A stretch of 64,000 nucleotides of DNA from a phage. Below are positions 20,946-34,836 of this stretch, piece by piece. Made by a program: the position numbers and the translations under genes. The stretch lies in the NCBI GenBank assembly GCA_036253495.1, contig GCA_036253495.1_4125.1; one strand, 5' to 3'. Under the pieces are notes generated by a model. That model was not told the origin of the DNA, searched no databases, and worked only from the letters and a program-made list of their open reading frames with translations. Positions within the stretch are counted from its first letter, which is position 1. Each line of letters starts with the position of its first letter.

Positions 20946-21241
20946 TGTCACCAGATGAAGCAAGTAAAGTCCTCGTTGAAGTTCAAAATCGACTTCTACA
21001 CGTAATGGACGCAGTAAAAGATTTACCACAAGGATATCAGTATAAGGTTCGCGAAATGCTTTCTTGTGCTGAAACCGTAGTCTCGATGTATTGTGATGTT
21101 CAACACGGAATTATCCCTGAAGTTCTGAAGAAAGATGTAACAGAAGAACGAGAAATCCCTGAAGAAGTTCAGGTAACACAAGTTGTTAAACAAAAAACAA
21201 TCCTTGATATTAGTGATATCAATCTAGACTTAGGAGATTAA
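20945..21241 (+). CDS. hypothetical protein
   Basis: TAATG overlap. Confidence 0.5.
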   Translation: MSPDEASKVLVEVQNRLLHVMDAVKDLPQGYQYKVREMLSCAETVVSMYCDVQHGIIPEVLKKDVTEEREIPEEVQVTQVVKQKTILDISDINLDLGD

Positions 21242-21243
21242 AA

Positions 21244-21387
21244 ATGAGTTCACAGAAAGTTGATTTGGTTTTAAAACTCCAAGAGATTCAAGCACTTGCA
21301 AAAAATCTCGATGAAAAAAGTACTAAAATGGTAGACGACCTCTGTGCATCTATTTTAGTAGTGTTTGCTGAAGCAGAAAAGAAATAA
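21244..21387 (+). CDS. small hypothetical protein (47 aa)
   Basis: Short ORF between annotated genes. Confidence 0.3.
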   Translation: MSSQKVDLVLKLQEIQALAKNLDEKSTKMVDDLCASILVVFAEAEKK

Positions 21388-21394
21388 AATATAT

Positions 21395-21425
21395 TACCCA
21401 GTACTTAGATACTGGGTATTTTTTT
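21395..21425 (+). terminator. intrinsic terminator
   Basis: Stem TACCCAGT / ACTGGGTA followed by TTTTTTT. Confidence 0.6.
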
Positions 21426-21436
21426 AAGGAAAATTC

Positions 21437-21829
21437 ATGACTGATACTGACTTACAAAAACTCATTGATTACATCTATGAAATGGTTCAAGATAAAAACA
21501 ATATAAATTACATAGCTTCCGGCTCAAAACCAATTGGAAATGTAATGACATATTCTTTGTCTTTGTGGTTACATCAGTACTATAAGGTTGATTGTGTGTA
21601 TTATCGCCCAGATATCAATGCATTTTATTTTGTGAACCCAGCAGTATTGTTTGACCGAACAAAGAAGCTTCCAGATGATGAATCATTTATACCTAGTCCA
21701 TTCTATGTATCCGAATCAGACGAAGACGAGTTCCAAAAAAATACTTCTTTAGAGCGTGATGCGGGATGTATCCCTTATAAACTCAAAGATAAAATTGATT
21801 TCATTGTAGAAGTTATGAAAACATGTTGA
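21437..21829 (+). CDS. FQ-motif paralog family protein (divergent)
   Basis: C-terminal SDEDEFQKNTSLERD module. Confidence 0.5.
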   Translation: MTDTDLQKLIDYIYEMVQDKNNINYIASGSKPIGNVMTYSLSLWLHQYYKVDCVYYRPDINAFYFVNPAVLFDRTKKLPDDESFIPSPFYVSESDEDEFQKNTSLERDAGCIPYKLKDKIDFIVEVMKTC

Positions 21830-21879
21830 TAAGTACAGTGAAACTCTGATATAATACTATGACTTACTAAGGAGAACAT

Positions 21880-22449
21880 ATGAACTTTATTAAATTCAAC
21901 ACATATGAGTCAGAAGCATACTTTAATACAAATAATAAATTTAATATTATTCTTAAAGACGGAACGGTTGTTATCGGAGTATCATTGCTTTCATTTGATG
22001 GCGAAAAACTCAAAACTGTTTATAAATTCACCAATCTTGATGGTGATTACTGGGATACGTCAGATGTATCTAAAATTTGCACACATTATGTATTTGAATC
22101 TATTGAAGTTGGTGATGGCTGGGCATTGACCTGTAATGGTAATAAAGTATTTTCTGGTAACATATTTGGAGTAATTTCCAGTAAAGAAATCGTAGACCAT
22201 CATCTTCATGTTCTCAATAATAACGCCAACACTTATACACCTGATAATATCAAAATTCACGATATTGTAACATACACTGATTATAATGGTTTCAGACATA
22301 AAGCAATCGTAACTGAAGTTAAAAAACCAAAAAATTATTTCGACCACGGTTTAATTGAAGTATATATGGTAGGTGGCGAAAAACAATACTTTGATCATTT
22401 CACTTATACTGGTTGGGATAGATTCCTAACCGTTATTGAGGAATACTAA
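21880..22449 (+). CDS. hypothetical protein
   Basis: AAGGAG RBS upstream of ATG 21880. Confidence 0.55.
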   Translation: MNFIKFNTYESEAYFNTNNKFNIILKDGTVVIGVSLLSFDGEKLKTVYKFTNLDGDYWDTSDVSKICTHYVFESIEVGDGWALTCNGNKVFSGNIFGVISSKEIVDHHLHVLNNNANTYTPDNIKIHDIVTYTDYNGFRHKAIVTEVKKPKNYFDHGLIEVYMVGGEKQYFDHFTYTGWDRFLTVIEEY

Positions 22450-22450
22450 C

Positions 22451-22927
22451 ATGCCGATTCGTGGTGTGCCAGAACCATTAATTGAAGTTATTAAGCATGT
22501 CAATGTTGGAACACGAGAAGTTAATCAGCGACGTGGTAATATATATTACTTTAAAACTACAGGAATGAGTTCTATACAGGTTGTTATTGGCACATCTATT
22601 GCGGTCACGCGTGTTCTTGATGGTAGTACTGACTTCGTTGGATACAATGTACTTACTAATAAAGTAACACATACATATAAATGGAGTGGTTATAAAACCA
22701 TCACATATGAGTTTGACTTAGCTAGAACTGAAGAAGAACGATTTATGTTGAGTACTATTAATCCAGCAAACTATCCTGACCTTGATGCATTTTTGCTAAT
22801 TTTAAAATTGTATAATGAAGCAAATGAGAAAGCTAAAGAGTATGATAGAATCATGTATGAACGTAGAAAAGAACGTTCTCAAAAAAGTTATGATCTGTAT
22901 GAAAGTTACATTCATAGATCCAAATGA
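22451..22927 (+). CDS. FQ-motif paralog family protein (divergent)
   Basis: ATG 22451; C-terminal TEEERFMLSTINPANY module. Confidence 0.5.
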   Translation: MPIRGVPEPLIEVIKHVNVGTREVNQRRGNIYYFKTTGMSSIQVVIGTSIAVTRVLDGSTDFVGYNVLTNKVTHTYKWSGYKTITYEFDLARTEEERFMLSTINPANYPDLDAFLLILKLYNEANEKAKEYDRIMYERRKERSQKSYDLYESYIHRSK

Positions 22928-22965
22928 AATAAATAGTTACCTATAGATTAATCTAAGGAGTAACT

Positions 22966-23316
22966 ATGTTTAAAAGTAATCTTAAAGTAGAATTAATTAA
23001 TAACGAAGGTCAACGTTGGAAAGTTCTAGAAGATCTAGAATACGAGTATAACGGTATTAAAATTGTTGTTCCCGCAGGTTTCAAAACTGATTTTGCAAGC
23101 GTCCCACGTATTCGTGGTATATTTGAACTAGTCGGTAATATGGGTCACGCCGCAGCAACAATACATGACTACTTGTATAGTACTGGTATGCTATCCCGTA
23201 AAGATAGTGATAAGGTGCTACTACAGGCTCTACGTGCTACTGAAGTTGGTAAGCCACGTAGTATGATTATGTATGCTGGTGTTCGTGTATTCGGTTGGTT
23301 GTTTTACAAAAAATAA
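22966..23316 (+). CDS. hypothetical protein, DUF1353-like
   Basis: AAGGAG RBS; GFKTDFASVPR...IHDYLY pattern. Confidence 0.5.
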   Translation: MFKSNLKVELINNEGQRWKVLEDLEYEYNGIKIVVPAGFKTDFASVPRIRGIFELVGNMGHAAATIHDYLYSTGMLSRKDSDKVLLQALRATEVGKPRSMIMYAGVRVFGWLFYKK

Positions 23317-23324
23317 AACTATTT

Positions 23325-23358
23325 ATGAGTACTGCTTGCAGTACTCATTTTTTTTTTA
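23325..23358 (+). terminator. intrinsic terminator
   Basis: 10-bp stem ATGAGTACTG / CAGTACTCAT followed by T10. Confidence 0.65.
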
Positions 23359-23371
23359 CTCCGAGGTACAT

Positions 23372-23587
23372 ATGAAAGTTATTATTAATCCAGCATCAAA
23401 CTTTTTTGGTGAGGTTTTCGGTGCAGACATTATTGTGCATAATTTTCCACGAATTGAAATCGACGGAATTGAAGTCCAACGATATGGCAACCTGTACTAT
23501 GTAATAGATGAAAATGGTTCTATTGTACACGACAGTGCATTCTTTACCGAAGAAGAGATGAAACACTTGATAGTACTGGACAAATAA
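23372..23587 (+). CDS. hypothetical protein
   Basis: ATG 23372. Confidence 0.45.
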   Translation: MKVIINPASNFFGEVFGADIIVHNFPRIEIDGIEVQRYGNLYYVIDENGSIVHDSAFFTEEEMKHLIVLDK

Positions 23588-23588
23588 A

Positions 23589-23774
23589 ATGACACTAGAT
23601 GAATGGCATAAAAGAAACGATAAGCTGTATGAAAATGATATTTTCTTCTTCGCATTCGGTGGTCTTGGAAGTATTTTACGTGATAGTGATGATTACTTCA
23701 ATTCGATCATTAGCTATTATGATTGCTATGGGACTATGTACGCCATAGCACGAACAACGGGATGTTACAAATGA
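23589..23774 (+). CDS. MTxxEW mini-family protein (divergent member)
   Basis: Begins MTLDEWHKRNDKLY. Confidence 0.45.
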   Translation: MTLDEWHKRNDKLYENDIFFFAFGGLGSILRDSDDYFNSIISYYDCYGTMYAIARTTGCYK

Positions 23775-23950
23775 CACATCAAGAATGGTTAGATGAATTA
23801 AAATTCAAACATGATCATTTTGGCTTTGGTGTACGCCAGGGTCATTATGATATTTTAAAAGATAAGAACAAGTTTAAATCATTTATCTTGGATGATGATA
23901 GTAATCGCTGGTTCATCTATGAGCTTGCGGTTAGAGGTAAAAAAAAATGA
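23771..23950 (+). CDS. MTHEEW mini-family protein
   Basis: ATGA overlap; MTHQEWLDELKFKHDHFG...WFIYELAVRGKKK. Confidence 0.5.
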   Translation: MTHQEWLDELKFKHDHFGFGVRQGHYDILKDKNKFKSFILDDDSNRWFIYELAVRGKKK

Positions 23951-23999
23951 CTAGTACTGATATATATGCTATTCTTTTGTTTTAATCAGGAGAACAATA

Positions 24000-24499
24000 A
24001 TGCTCATTACGCATGTACCGGAAAGTATTACTGAAATTTTAAATAAAATTAATGTTAATGAGTTTGAACGAACAGTTCGAAAACAGGGCACTTATCACTA
24101 TAAGCACAAAGATGGTGAACATCGAATAAGCTTAGATCAGAATTATCAAACTTTAACAATTACAATGGTTACTCGCTGGAATTTCGTTCGTAAAGACACT
24201 ATTATCTGTGATTTTGGTAAAAATCTACTTAGAAAATGTTTCTCTGAAACAAATGGCATCTATCCAAACCCGAATAGAATTTTTACATATCGATACATCA
24301 CAGATGAAGATGTACATTTCCAAGAGAGTTTGGTATGCGATAATAAGTACTTTCCCGCATTTTCTGATAATTTGAAGTTAAAAGAACTATATAACTATTT
24401 CTTAAATGACAATATCCTGTGGGATGAAGAATTAAAAAAACGACAGATAGAACGTGAAAAGAAAAAAGTATGGACTGGCTCACATTGGATGCAACGTAA

Positions 24500-24503
<4 letters not shown>
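24000..24503 (+). CDS. FQ-motif paralog family protein
   Basis: AGGAGA RBS; C-terminal DEDVHFQESLVCDNKYF module. Confidence 0.55.
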
Positions 24504-24687
<184 letters not shown>

Positions 24688-24688
24688 G

Positions 24689-24825
<137 letters not shown>

Positions 24826-24838
24826 CGAGGAATCCAAA

Positions 24839-25036
24839 GTGACTAAAGCAGAACTTGTAGCATTATTGGAATCATATCCCGATGATGCATGTATTGAAGT
24901 TGTTCATAGTGCGAGACATTTTGACATTGAAGATGTAGTACGTTATAATGACAAAGGTGTACTCATCATGGAACTATGTATTGGTGAAATGAAAACTGTA
25001 CCCGAATCAGAAAAACGTAAAAATAGTAAACCGTAA
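24839..25036 (+). CDS. hypothetical protein
   Basis: GTG start 24839 after ACGAGG RBS. Confidence 0.45.
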   Translation: MTKAELVALLESYPDDACIEVVHSARHFDIEDVVRYNDKGVLIMELCIGEMKTVPESEKRKNSKP

Positions 25037-25046
25037 GGAAAATAAA

Positions 25047-25265
25047 ATGGAATCTACTCTATTAGAAGTTATTAACTCATTAAACGCTGGCGACAATGTT
25101 CAAGTACTCCTACAGGGATACCGTGTAAAAGGTTCAGTAGTTTTAGTTAATGACACCACTGTTGTTGTAACTGAAACTAACCCGTTTGACAGTAATGAAC
25201 TTGCTAATATCCATATTGATATTAAAAGTATTATTGGTGTTGGTGTAACTAAACCACAAGAATAA
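25047..25265 (+). CDS. hypothetical protein
   Basis: AAGGAAAA RBS upstream of ATG 25047. Confidence 0.5.
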   Translation: MESTLLEVINSLNAGDNVQVLLQGYRVKGSVVLVNDTTVVVTETNPFDSNELANIHIDIKSIIGVGVTKPQE

Positions 25266-25286
25266 CAATTGTTATTGGGGATTACT

Positions 25287-25559
25287 ATGCATTTTGAAAA
25301 ATTCAATACAAATCGTAACACACGCATTGACGTTCTTTATGAAACACAAGACTCAATAAGCATTCGTACACGTAGTGGTGATGTATATCATGACTGTACT
25401 ATTGGTTGGGAACAGGGAAGAACACGTAGTGCAGAATTCGATAACTATCGCTTCTACCAAGGGGACACCACAATCTGGCCTGAAGACGTAGAAGATATTG
25501 CGATTGAAGATGAACATAAAGATGAATTTATAAAATTTAATCCCGAAACCGAATCATAA
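25287..25559 (+). CDS. hypothetical protein
   Basis: ATG 25287. Confidence 0.45.
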   Translation: MHFEKFNTNRNTRIDVLYETQDSISIRTRSGDVYHDCTIGWEQGRTRSAEFDNYRFYQGDTTIWPEDVEDIAIEDEHKDEFIKFNPETES

Positions 25560-25599
25560 ATATTGGAACAGACTATAAAGATGTGATATAATTATTATC

Positions 25600-26018
25600 A
25601 TGATAACAAAATACATGGAACGTAAAATGTGGGGAAACGAATATAAATCAAAACAAGGAAATATTGGAGTTGCTCGTGCAATAGATTACTATGTCACAAA
25701 TGGTTATTCAGTGTCTATACCCATGAATGATACACAATCATATGACTTGATAGTTGATGATAATATTAAATTGTATAGAGTATCAGTAAAACAACATCAT
25801 ATAAAGCACCATCTGGAAATTATAATGTTCAACTAAAAAATAGTGGTGGTTCTAGCGGTAAAAGTGTTATACGAAATTTTGATAAAACATCGTGCGACAT
25901 ACTGTTTGTGTTGTGTGATAACAACGACATATATATCATCCCAATTGATGACATTGATGCACATTCAGCACTTACATTAACTGAAGAACGTAAGAAATAT
26001 ATTAGAAAATTATATTAA
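25600..26018 (+). pseudogene. PD-(D/E)xK / Hjc-like nuclease gene split by a frameshift at an A4 run (25788-25791)
   Basis: Frame 1 ends ...YDLIVDDNIKLYRVSVK; frame 0 continues TTSYKAPSGNYNVQLKNSGG...DILFVLCDNNDIYIIPIDD to stop at 26018. Confidence 0.5.
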
Positions 26019-26025
26019 AAAATAT

Positions 26026-27714
<1,689 letters not shown>

Positions 27715-27717
27715 TTC

Positions 27718-27873
<156 letters not shown>

Positions 27874-27901
27874 CAAAACGAAATGATAATAGGAAATTAA
27901 A

Positions 27902-28087
27902 ATGCAACTTTTAATTCTTTCAATATTGTATATTATTATAATGGTTCCTATATCAATACGTTTAATTATACTTGAACGATTTTTATCGAAACATGGAAAT
28001 AGATCTATGATATTTGTACCAATCGGGCTTATATTGTTTGGTATATTTGCATTTATAATGGGAATTAACGCTACATTCATTTCATAG
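27902..28087 (+). CDS. small membrane protein
   Basis: ORF with two hydrophobic helices. Confidence 0.45.
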   Translation: MQLLILSILYIIIMVPISIRLIILERFLSKHGNRSMIFVPIGLILFGIFAFIMGINATFIS

Positions 28088-28096
28088 GAAACAAAT

Positions 28097-28578
<482 letters not shown>

Positions 28579-28585
28579 AAGAACG

Positions 28586-28618
<33 letters not shown>

Positions 28619-28619
28619 C

Positions 28620-28675
<56 letters not shown>

Positions 28676-28676
28676 T

Positions 28677-28807
<131 letters not shown>

Positions 28808-28808
28808 A

Positions 28809-28883
<75 letters not shown>

Positions 28884-28926
28884 GGTTCAAGAAGAAAACT
28901 GGGGTTTTTAACCTAACGAGGTCAAT

Positions 28927-29069
<143 letters not shown>

Positions 29070-29070
29070 A

Positions 29071-29201
<131 letters not shown>

Positions 29202-29202
29202 T

Positions 29203-29631
<429 letters not shown>

Positions 29632-29639
<8 letters not shown>

Positions 29640-29994
29640 TCTAATAGTACGTATAATGCAAGATGTTCGAAAGAACCTTTATACAGGCAATTTTGACGAT
29701 TCGAACATTAAACTATTATGTTATGATGGTTTTACCTTGGTACATCCATCTGAATCAAATAATATATACATATCATATACTTCCAAAAATCAATTATATC
29801 AATTTGATATATATAGCACAATGGCTAAAATAACTTTGGACGTATCCAAGCAGCCTATTCTTATCGCTGTACCAGAATGCAATTACACTGAAGAATCACT
29901 GTTTCAGTACTCAATGATAAATGACATTGGCGACTTGACATTAGAAGAGATTAACGCTATACTAGATGTATCACGTTTGATTAATGCCTACTAA
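29632..29994 (+). CDS. FQ-motif paralog family protein
   Basis: C-terminal YTEESLFQYSMINDIGDLTLEEI module. Confidence 0.6.
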
Positions 29995-30007
29995 TTTGGA
30001 GATTAAT

Positions 30008-30199
30008 ATGTTCTGGAATTTGTTATGTCTTTTTGGTCGTACCTTTGTTCTTGCAATTATTCATACACCAGGTATTCGTAATTTTGTTTCTTATGAATTT
30101 AAGAAAAATTATCACAACAATACTGAAGTTCGTGCCACTAAAATGTGCAAAGACTTCAATGTAACAGTACCACCATTTAAGAAGTACGAGGATGAATAA
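30008..30199 (+). CDS. hypothetical protein
   Basis: ATG 30008 with GGAG RBS; start uncertain. Confidence 0.4.
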   Translation: MFWNLLCLFGRTFVLAIIHTPGIRNFVSYEFKKNYHNNTEVRATKMCKDFNVTVPPFKKYEDE

Positions 30200-30477
30200 T
30201 GGAATTCATTGTAGCTCCTGAAGAACTCAAGACCTTTAAGTTCAAAGATAATTATACGTATTCAAATCATTCCTTGAATTCAATTCATGTAATTGCAATG
30301 GTTGCATCTGAATATAAAGATAACCCGTGTATTGATTTTAAAACCACTGATGGTGAATATACATGGGTGATCCCACGAGATAAATATAGTTATCAAGGGG
30401 CAGTAGAAATTCGTGACTCGATTCTAAAACAAATCGAAGATGGACATACTCATCCTAAACTAAACATTCAGTACTGA
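30199..30477 (+). CDS. hypothetical protein
   Basis: TAATG overlap; GAGG RBS. Confidence 0.5.
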   Translation: MEFIVAPEELKTFKFKDNYTYSNHSLNSIHVIAMVASEYKDNPCIDFKTTDGEYTWVIPRDKYSYQGAVEIRDSILKQIEDGHTHPKLNIQY

Positions 30478-30727
30478 AAATGTTATACCGATAGCTTCTG
30501 GAGCAGTACTGAATCCTCCTTTTTCTTTCAGAAGCTATCACATATTTTGTCGTAAAATGGTACTGTGAGTGTTTTGTCTTTCCATTCTCTCCAGGTCCAG
30601 TACCTATCATTGTAGTTCTGGAGAGATATAACATGTATAATGTTTTTTACCTCCTGTTTATCATTATATATGTCACTAAACGAGTAATAACTACCCTCCC
30701 TCTAGGTTATTACTTTTGATTTTGGTA

Positions 30728-30756
30728 TTGACTTTCAATGCCGCAAATGTTATACT
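30728..30756 (+). promoter_or_regulatory. sigma70-type promoter (TTGACT-17-TATACT)
   Basis: TTGACT 30728-30733, TATACT 30751-30756. Confidence 0.45.
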
Positions 30757-30758
30757 TA

Positions 30759-30790
30759 AGGCTGATTCAAATTGAATCGGCCTTTTTTTC
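30759..30790 (+). terminator. strong hairpin plus T-run immediately after promoter (terminator or 5'-leader structure)
   Basis: 12-bp stem AGGCTGATTCAA / TTGAATCGGCCT followed by TTTTTTT. Confidence 0.55.
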
Positions 30791-30807
30791 TTTTTAAGGA
30801 GAACACC

Positions 30808-31203
30808 ATGAATTTGGTTGTAGAAGACGATATCTTTTCCGATGCTATTGAGTATATGTACAATCTTGTTAGACTTAATGAATTTGTACAACGTCATACA
30901 TTGACACATAAGGATGGGATTATTACTGTTGGTGCATACAATAATGGATACTTAACCGAGTTTTACAATTGTGATAACATTTTTATAACCATTGATAATA
31001 TCACTACGACTAATGACATATCCATTGATTTATTCAAAGATCATATTGAAATTGATATAGACAAGATGATTGCCATCGATATTGATCCTGTAATGTATGA
31101 GTTACAAGAAGAAATGTATGAGCAATTATGCTTTGTGTATGATTTGAGTAAAATTTCATTCTTTGACTTACGCAGAATCTGTTACGTAGTAGGTAAGTTA
31201 TGA
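30808..31203 (+). CDS. hypothetical protein
   Basis: ATG 30808 with AAGGAGAA RBS. Confidence 0.5.
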   Translation: MNLVVEDDIFSDAIEYMYNLVRLNEFVQRHTLTHKDGIITVGAYNNGYLTEFYNCDNIFITIDNITTTNDISIDLFKDHIEIDIDKMIAIDIDPVMYELQEEMYEQLCFVYDLSKISFFDLRRICYVVGKL

Positions 31204-31673
31204 CAAATATACGTGATGTATTAATGCAGTACGGTATCAGTACTGAAATGCTTTCAGTTGAAATTATTAAAAACTCTAAGATAGAATTTATGTTTAATAG
31301 ACACCGTTATCCAGGTGTTTATATTAATCGATCCTGTTCATTAATTTACTTTGAATACATGGATGAATATGTTATCATTGAAGAAATCAAACTCAATGGA
31401 TGGCACTGTACAATTGAGTTAACGAAACCAAGAACCAAGAACAAAATAGTGATTAGTATTAATATCTATTACGATATTAGTACTGAAGATGGAGCCTCAC
31501 ACTTTGTTCGAGTTTTGTCATCTGATGATAATTTAAAGTTAGATTATAAATCAGAAGAAGAATACTTTCAGGAAAGTTTAATCAATGATTTAGTTTTTGA
31601 TTATAACTTTTATAAAGAACTATCAAAAAACTTCGTTGAATGTATCAAACTATATGAGGAAGAGGACGAATGA
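31200..31673 (+). CDS. FQ-motif paralog family protein
   Basis: ATGA overlap; C-terminal KSEEEYFQESLINDLVFDYNFY module. Confidence 0.6.
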   Translation: MTNIRDVLMQYGISTEMLSVEIIKNSKIEFMFNRHRYPGVYINRSCSLIYFEYMDEYVIIEEIKLNGWHCTIELTKPRTKNKIVISINIYYDISTEDGASHFVRVLSSDDNLKLDYKSEEEYFQESLINDLVFDYNFYKELSKNFVECIKLYEEEDE

Positions 31674-32089
31674 AAAATTATAAGTTAAGTACAGAATACA
31701 ATGAAATGATCATCAATGCACTTGATAATCATGGTGAGTTTCGTTATCCAGGTGAAGGATTGAACGTTTACTTCGGAGATGAAAACTGGTGCTATCTGAA
31801 TAATGGTGTTCTGACTATCCATATTCAGGATATTAAAAGTGATGTATCATTTGGAATTCACCTAGTTCCCGGTACATTGGTTAATGACGCACGTATCAAT
31901 GTTATTGTCAATGAGAACGAATTCTTTCATGATGATTTTGAAGATGTTAAAATGGCAGCTAGTAAGTTGTATACTACTGAAGAAGAGTACTTTCAGGATA
32001 GCACTGTGAAAGATATGCGAATCCCTTATGAGTTGATGGTTTCAGTACAGAAATTTATTGAGGATTTCAGATGCGATTTGATCAAGTAG
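31670..32089 (+). CDS. FQ-motif paralog family protein
   Basis: ATGA overlap; C-terminal TTEEEYFQDSTVKDM module. Confidence 0.6.
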   Translation: MKNYKLSTEYNEMIINALDNHGEFRYPGEGLNVYFGDENWCYLNNGVLTIHIQDIKSDVSFGIHLVPGTLVNDARINVIVNENEFFHDDFEDVKMAASKLYTTEEEYFQDSTVKDMRIPYELMVSVQKFIEDFRCDLIK

Positions 32090-32538
32090 TTAATCGTGAG
32101 TACTTGGGTCGTATGGTGGGTGCTGCAATTGACATGATGGTAAAAAAGATGTGCCGTTATCATCCATCACAATGGAATGCTTCATATAGCATTGAGATAT
32201 ATGCATATAAACTTCATGGGGCTGCAACTTCATTTGAGAAAATTCACTCATTGAGGCTTCACATGTACAGGGGAACCGAACGTACATACACTGTAATTGT
32301 GAATTCCGGTGGTGTTACATTACATTTAACACCATTTAATGCTGTTAATTTGGATTTAAGTTCAGTTATTGAGAGCACAGAAATCTGTCACATTGAAGTT
32401 GGTTCTAATTATCATCCATTAACCGAAGAACAGTACTTCCAGATTCAAACACTTCATGATATCCATGACTTTACATACGAAGAAATTCGTGATTTAATAA
32501 GATTAAGTGCAATGATTCCAAATAAGGGTACAGTGTGA
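32071..32538 (+). CDS. FQ-motif paralog family protein
   Basis: C-terminal TEEQYFQIQTLHDIHDFTYEEI module. Confidence 0.6.
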   Translation: MRFDQVVNREYLGRMVGAAIDMMVKKMCRYHPSQWNASYSIEIYAYKLHGAATSFEKIHSLRLHMYRGTERTYTVIVNSGGVTLHLTPFNAVNLDLSSVIESTEICHIEVGSNYHPLTEEQYFQIQTLHDIHDFTYEEIRDLIRLSAMIPNKGTV

Positions 32539-32641
32539 ACAACCACATAACTGTCTGATTTAAATGGGTTGACATTTGAACAATGTAAAAGAATTGTTTC
32601 TATATGTAATCGAATTACATATGAGTACACGGAGATATAAA

Positions 32642-33088
32642 ATGGCATTTGGTAACATTGAAGAAGTACAACTAGTATTTGAAAACTGTGAAGTTCAAAA
32701 CTTCAAGTTCACTGACATTCTGTACATGTATGTTGGTGATGAATCGCAACGTGCATATCGTTATGCTAATGGTTTGTCAATTGAATCAGTACTGAAGAAG
32801 TTTGCTATTGTCTTTAAGAAAGACACGGAGGCTGATTTTTACAACGGAACTTCATTGGTAGATCGCCTGTCAGAGCGTGATGTTACTCATGTTGTGTTCT
32901 TCGGTGCAAATGACAAAATGGCATCATATGTCATTGACTGGGGTGAATATGATTCATGTAATATGCAGTACTCAATCAATCAGAGGTTGCAATTTACACC
33001 TGATGGACATATCATCTTCACAAGCAGTACAGAAGATATGATTAAGATTGATGCAGAAGAGATTGATTCTTTTGCGAGGTACATGTAA
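32642..33088 (+). CDS. hypothetical protein
   Basis: ATG 32642 with GGAGA RBS. Confidence 0.5.
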   Translation: MAFGNIEEVQLVFENCEVQNFKFTDILYMYVGDESQRAYRYANGLSIESVLKKFAIVFKKDTEADFYNGTSLVDRLSERDVTHVVFFGANDKMASYVIDWGEYDSCNMQYSINQRLQFTPDGHIIFTSSTEDMIKIDAEEIDSFARYM

Positions 33089-33552
33089 TGCGTCCAGTAC
33101 TGAAAGATATTAAATCCAGGAAATATTTTCCTGGGTTTATGGAGTACATCATTGGGTTAGCTGAATCCAAGACTGGACAGAAAGTTGATATCCAACTCGG
33201 TGATGTACTGATTTGTGCAAGATCTTATCGTAATAATTTCATGGACATTTTTGAAAGATCCAATTCGATTCTTGCATCTCTTGATTTAGAGGGCTATTTA
33301 AATGCTAAATTCGTATTGGATATATACAGTCATGGGTTTTCAATAAGACCTTATAATTCACATTACAATGATGATCCCAAAAACTTCTTTGTGCATGTAG
33401 AAAATGTTGACCAATTCACTGACCTTAGTGATGAAAGTTACTTTCAGATGCAGGTGGCATATGACCTACAGGACTTGACACGTCAAGAAATCAATGCTAT
33501 CCTCTATGTATGTTCTAAATTGAAAGAAAATGAGGTAAGCGGTCGTGTCTAA
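33088..33552 (+). CDS. FQ-motif paralog family protein
   Basis: TAATG overlap; C-terminal SDESYFQMQVAYDLQDLTRQEI module. Confidence 0.6.
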   Translation: MRPVLKDIKSRKYFPGFMEYIIGLAESKTGQKVDIQLGDVLICARSYRNNFMDIFERSNSILASLDLEGYLNAKFVLDIYSHGFSIRPYNSHYNDDPKNFFVHVENVDQFTDLSDESYFQMQVAYDLQDLTRQEINAILYVCSKLKENEVSGRV

Positions 33553-33973
33553 TACAGCTAAGATTAAAGTTCATTTTCGTGACACATGGAAAGATGTAGA
33601 TACTGGTAACGTACTAAATGTAGAATACAGTACAGAAACAGTTCATGCCGATGATATGGGAACGGCTAAAGCTCAAGCACAGAAACTGAAAGAAACCGAA
33701 GGTGTTGCCATTTTTGAAGGTGTTGAGCATACTCGTGAATGTATCAATGTAGATGTGATTACTGAAAATGTCACAGTACTATCAAAGGAACAGATGTTTG
33801 ATTTCATTTTAAATCACACTGTATCTATTACACCAGACAACACACTTTGGACCAAAACTGATGGCACAAAGGTACGTAATAAGTACAAAGTTATAATTGA
33901 TGGTATTAACTATCAGGGTTATGACCTGGTAGATGCAATAAATGAACATACTAGTAAGAGTAGAGGTTATTGA
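33545..33973 (+). CDS. hypothetical protein
   Basis: GTG start 33545 after GAGG RBS. Confidence 0.45.
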   Translation: MSNTAKIKVHFRDTWKDVDTGNVLNVEYSTETVHADDMGTAKAQAQKLKETEGVAIFEGVEHTRECINVDVITENVTVLSKEQMFDFILNHTVSITPDNTLWTKTDGTKVRNKYKVIIDGINYQGYDLVDAINEHTSKSRGY

Positions 33974-33975
33974 AA

Positions 33976-34299
33976 ATGTATGCTATAATTATCACTGTAA
34001 TATGTTGTGCTACTATAATCATCTGCCGTTGTATTGAAAAGAATGCACACATTCGTGGTATGGAAATTGAAAAAGAACTATATACTGAAAACATAGCAGA
34101 AAAGAAACCACAATCTCCATATAAACTTCAGAGAGATATGCATAATGAGTCAAAAACATGGGGTTATTGCATTACTCAAAATGGCAGTCGTCTAACATCA
34201 AGTTCTGGACATTATCAAATCATCCATAACATTGATGAAGCAAAAGAACTTGTTTGGGAACTAGAGGATCTTGGTGGCTATGAAAGAACGAAATTTTGA
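33976..34299 (+). CDS. hypothetical protein with N-terminal hydrophobic segment
   Basis: ATG 33976 with AGAGG RBS. Confidence 0.5.
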   Translation: MYAIIITVICCATIIICRCIEKNAHIRGMEIEKELYTENIAEKKPQSPYKLQRDMHNESKTWGYCITQNGSRLTSSSGHYQIIHNIDEAKELVWELEDLGGYERTKF

Positions 34300-34483
34300 A
34301 ATTTACAAAACAATTCAGGAATTAAACGTAAAGCATGATATAATGCTAGATGTAGACAATAAGATTGCTTACATGAAAAAAGAAACTGTTTCAATGCTTC
34401 AGAGATTTTCACAAAAAGCATTTTTAATGAAGTTCTGTGCAGATGAGCATCTCACGGGACGAAAACTCTATAACGAGGCATAA
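34280..34483 (+). CDS. hypothetical protein
   Basis: ATG 34280; start uncertain. Confidence 0.4.
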   Translation: MKERNFEIYKTIQELNVKHDIMLDVDNKIAYMKKETVSMLQRFSQKAFLMKFCADEHLTGRKLYNEA

Positions 34484-34484
34484 T

Positions 34485-34826
34485 ATGGATTTAAGCTCAA
34501 CAATTAATTTTTTGAGTGATAATTACGAAAAGGTCATATCAAGGGGTGGTATTATTATCCACCCTGTAACAAATGAAATGTTCATGGTTCGCTTTGATGC
34601 AAATTCATATGACCAAGTACTTGTAATATCACAATTTATCGATTATAATGAAGTTGTTCAATTTTGCTGTACTGAATTCGGAATCTATCTTAAAGATGCG
34701 GAAACTAATGAGATTGGTCATTACTTATATCAAACTCTGATGGTTACTCTAGATTTTGGACTTACTTTCGAAAATCTGGTACAATGTCACTATATGTTTA
34801 AAAACTTTCCCGCGTCTGGGAATTAA
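34485..34826 (+). CDS. FQ-motif paralog family protein (divergent)
   Basis: GAGG RBS; C-terminal HYLYQTLMVTLDFGLTFENL module. Confidence 0.5.
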   Translation: MDLSSTINFLSDNYEKVISRGGIIIHPVTNEMFMVRFDANSYDQVLVISQFIDYNEVVQFCCTEFGIYLKDAETNEIGHYLYQTLMVTLDFGLTFENLVQCHYMFKNFPASGN

Positions 34827-34836
34827 TGGAGTTCAA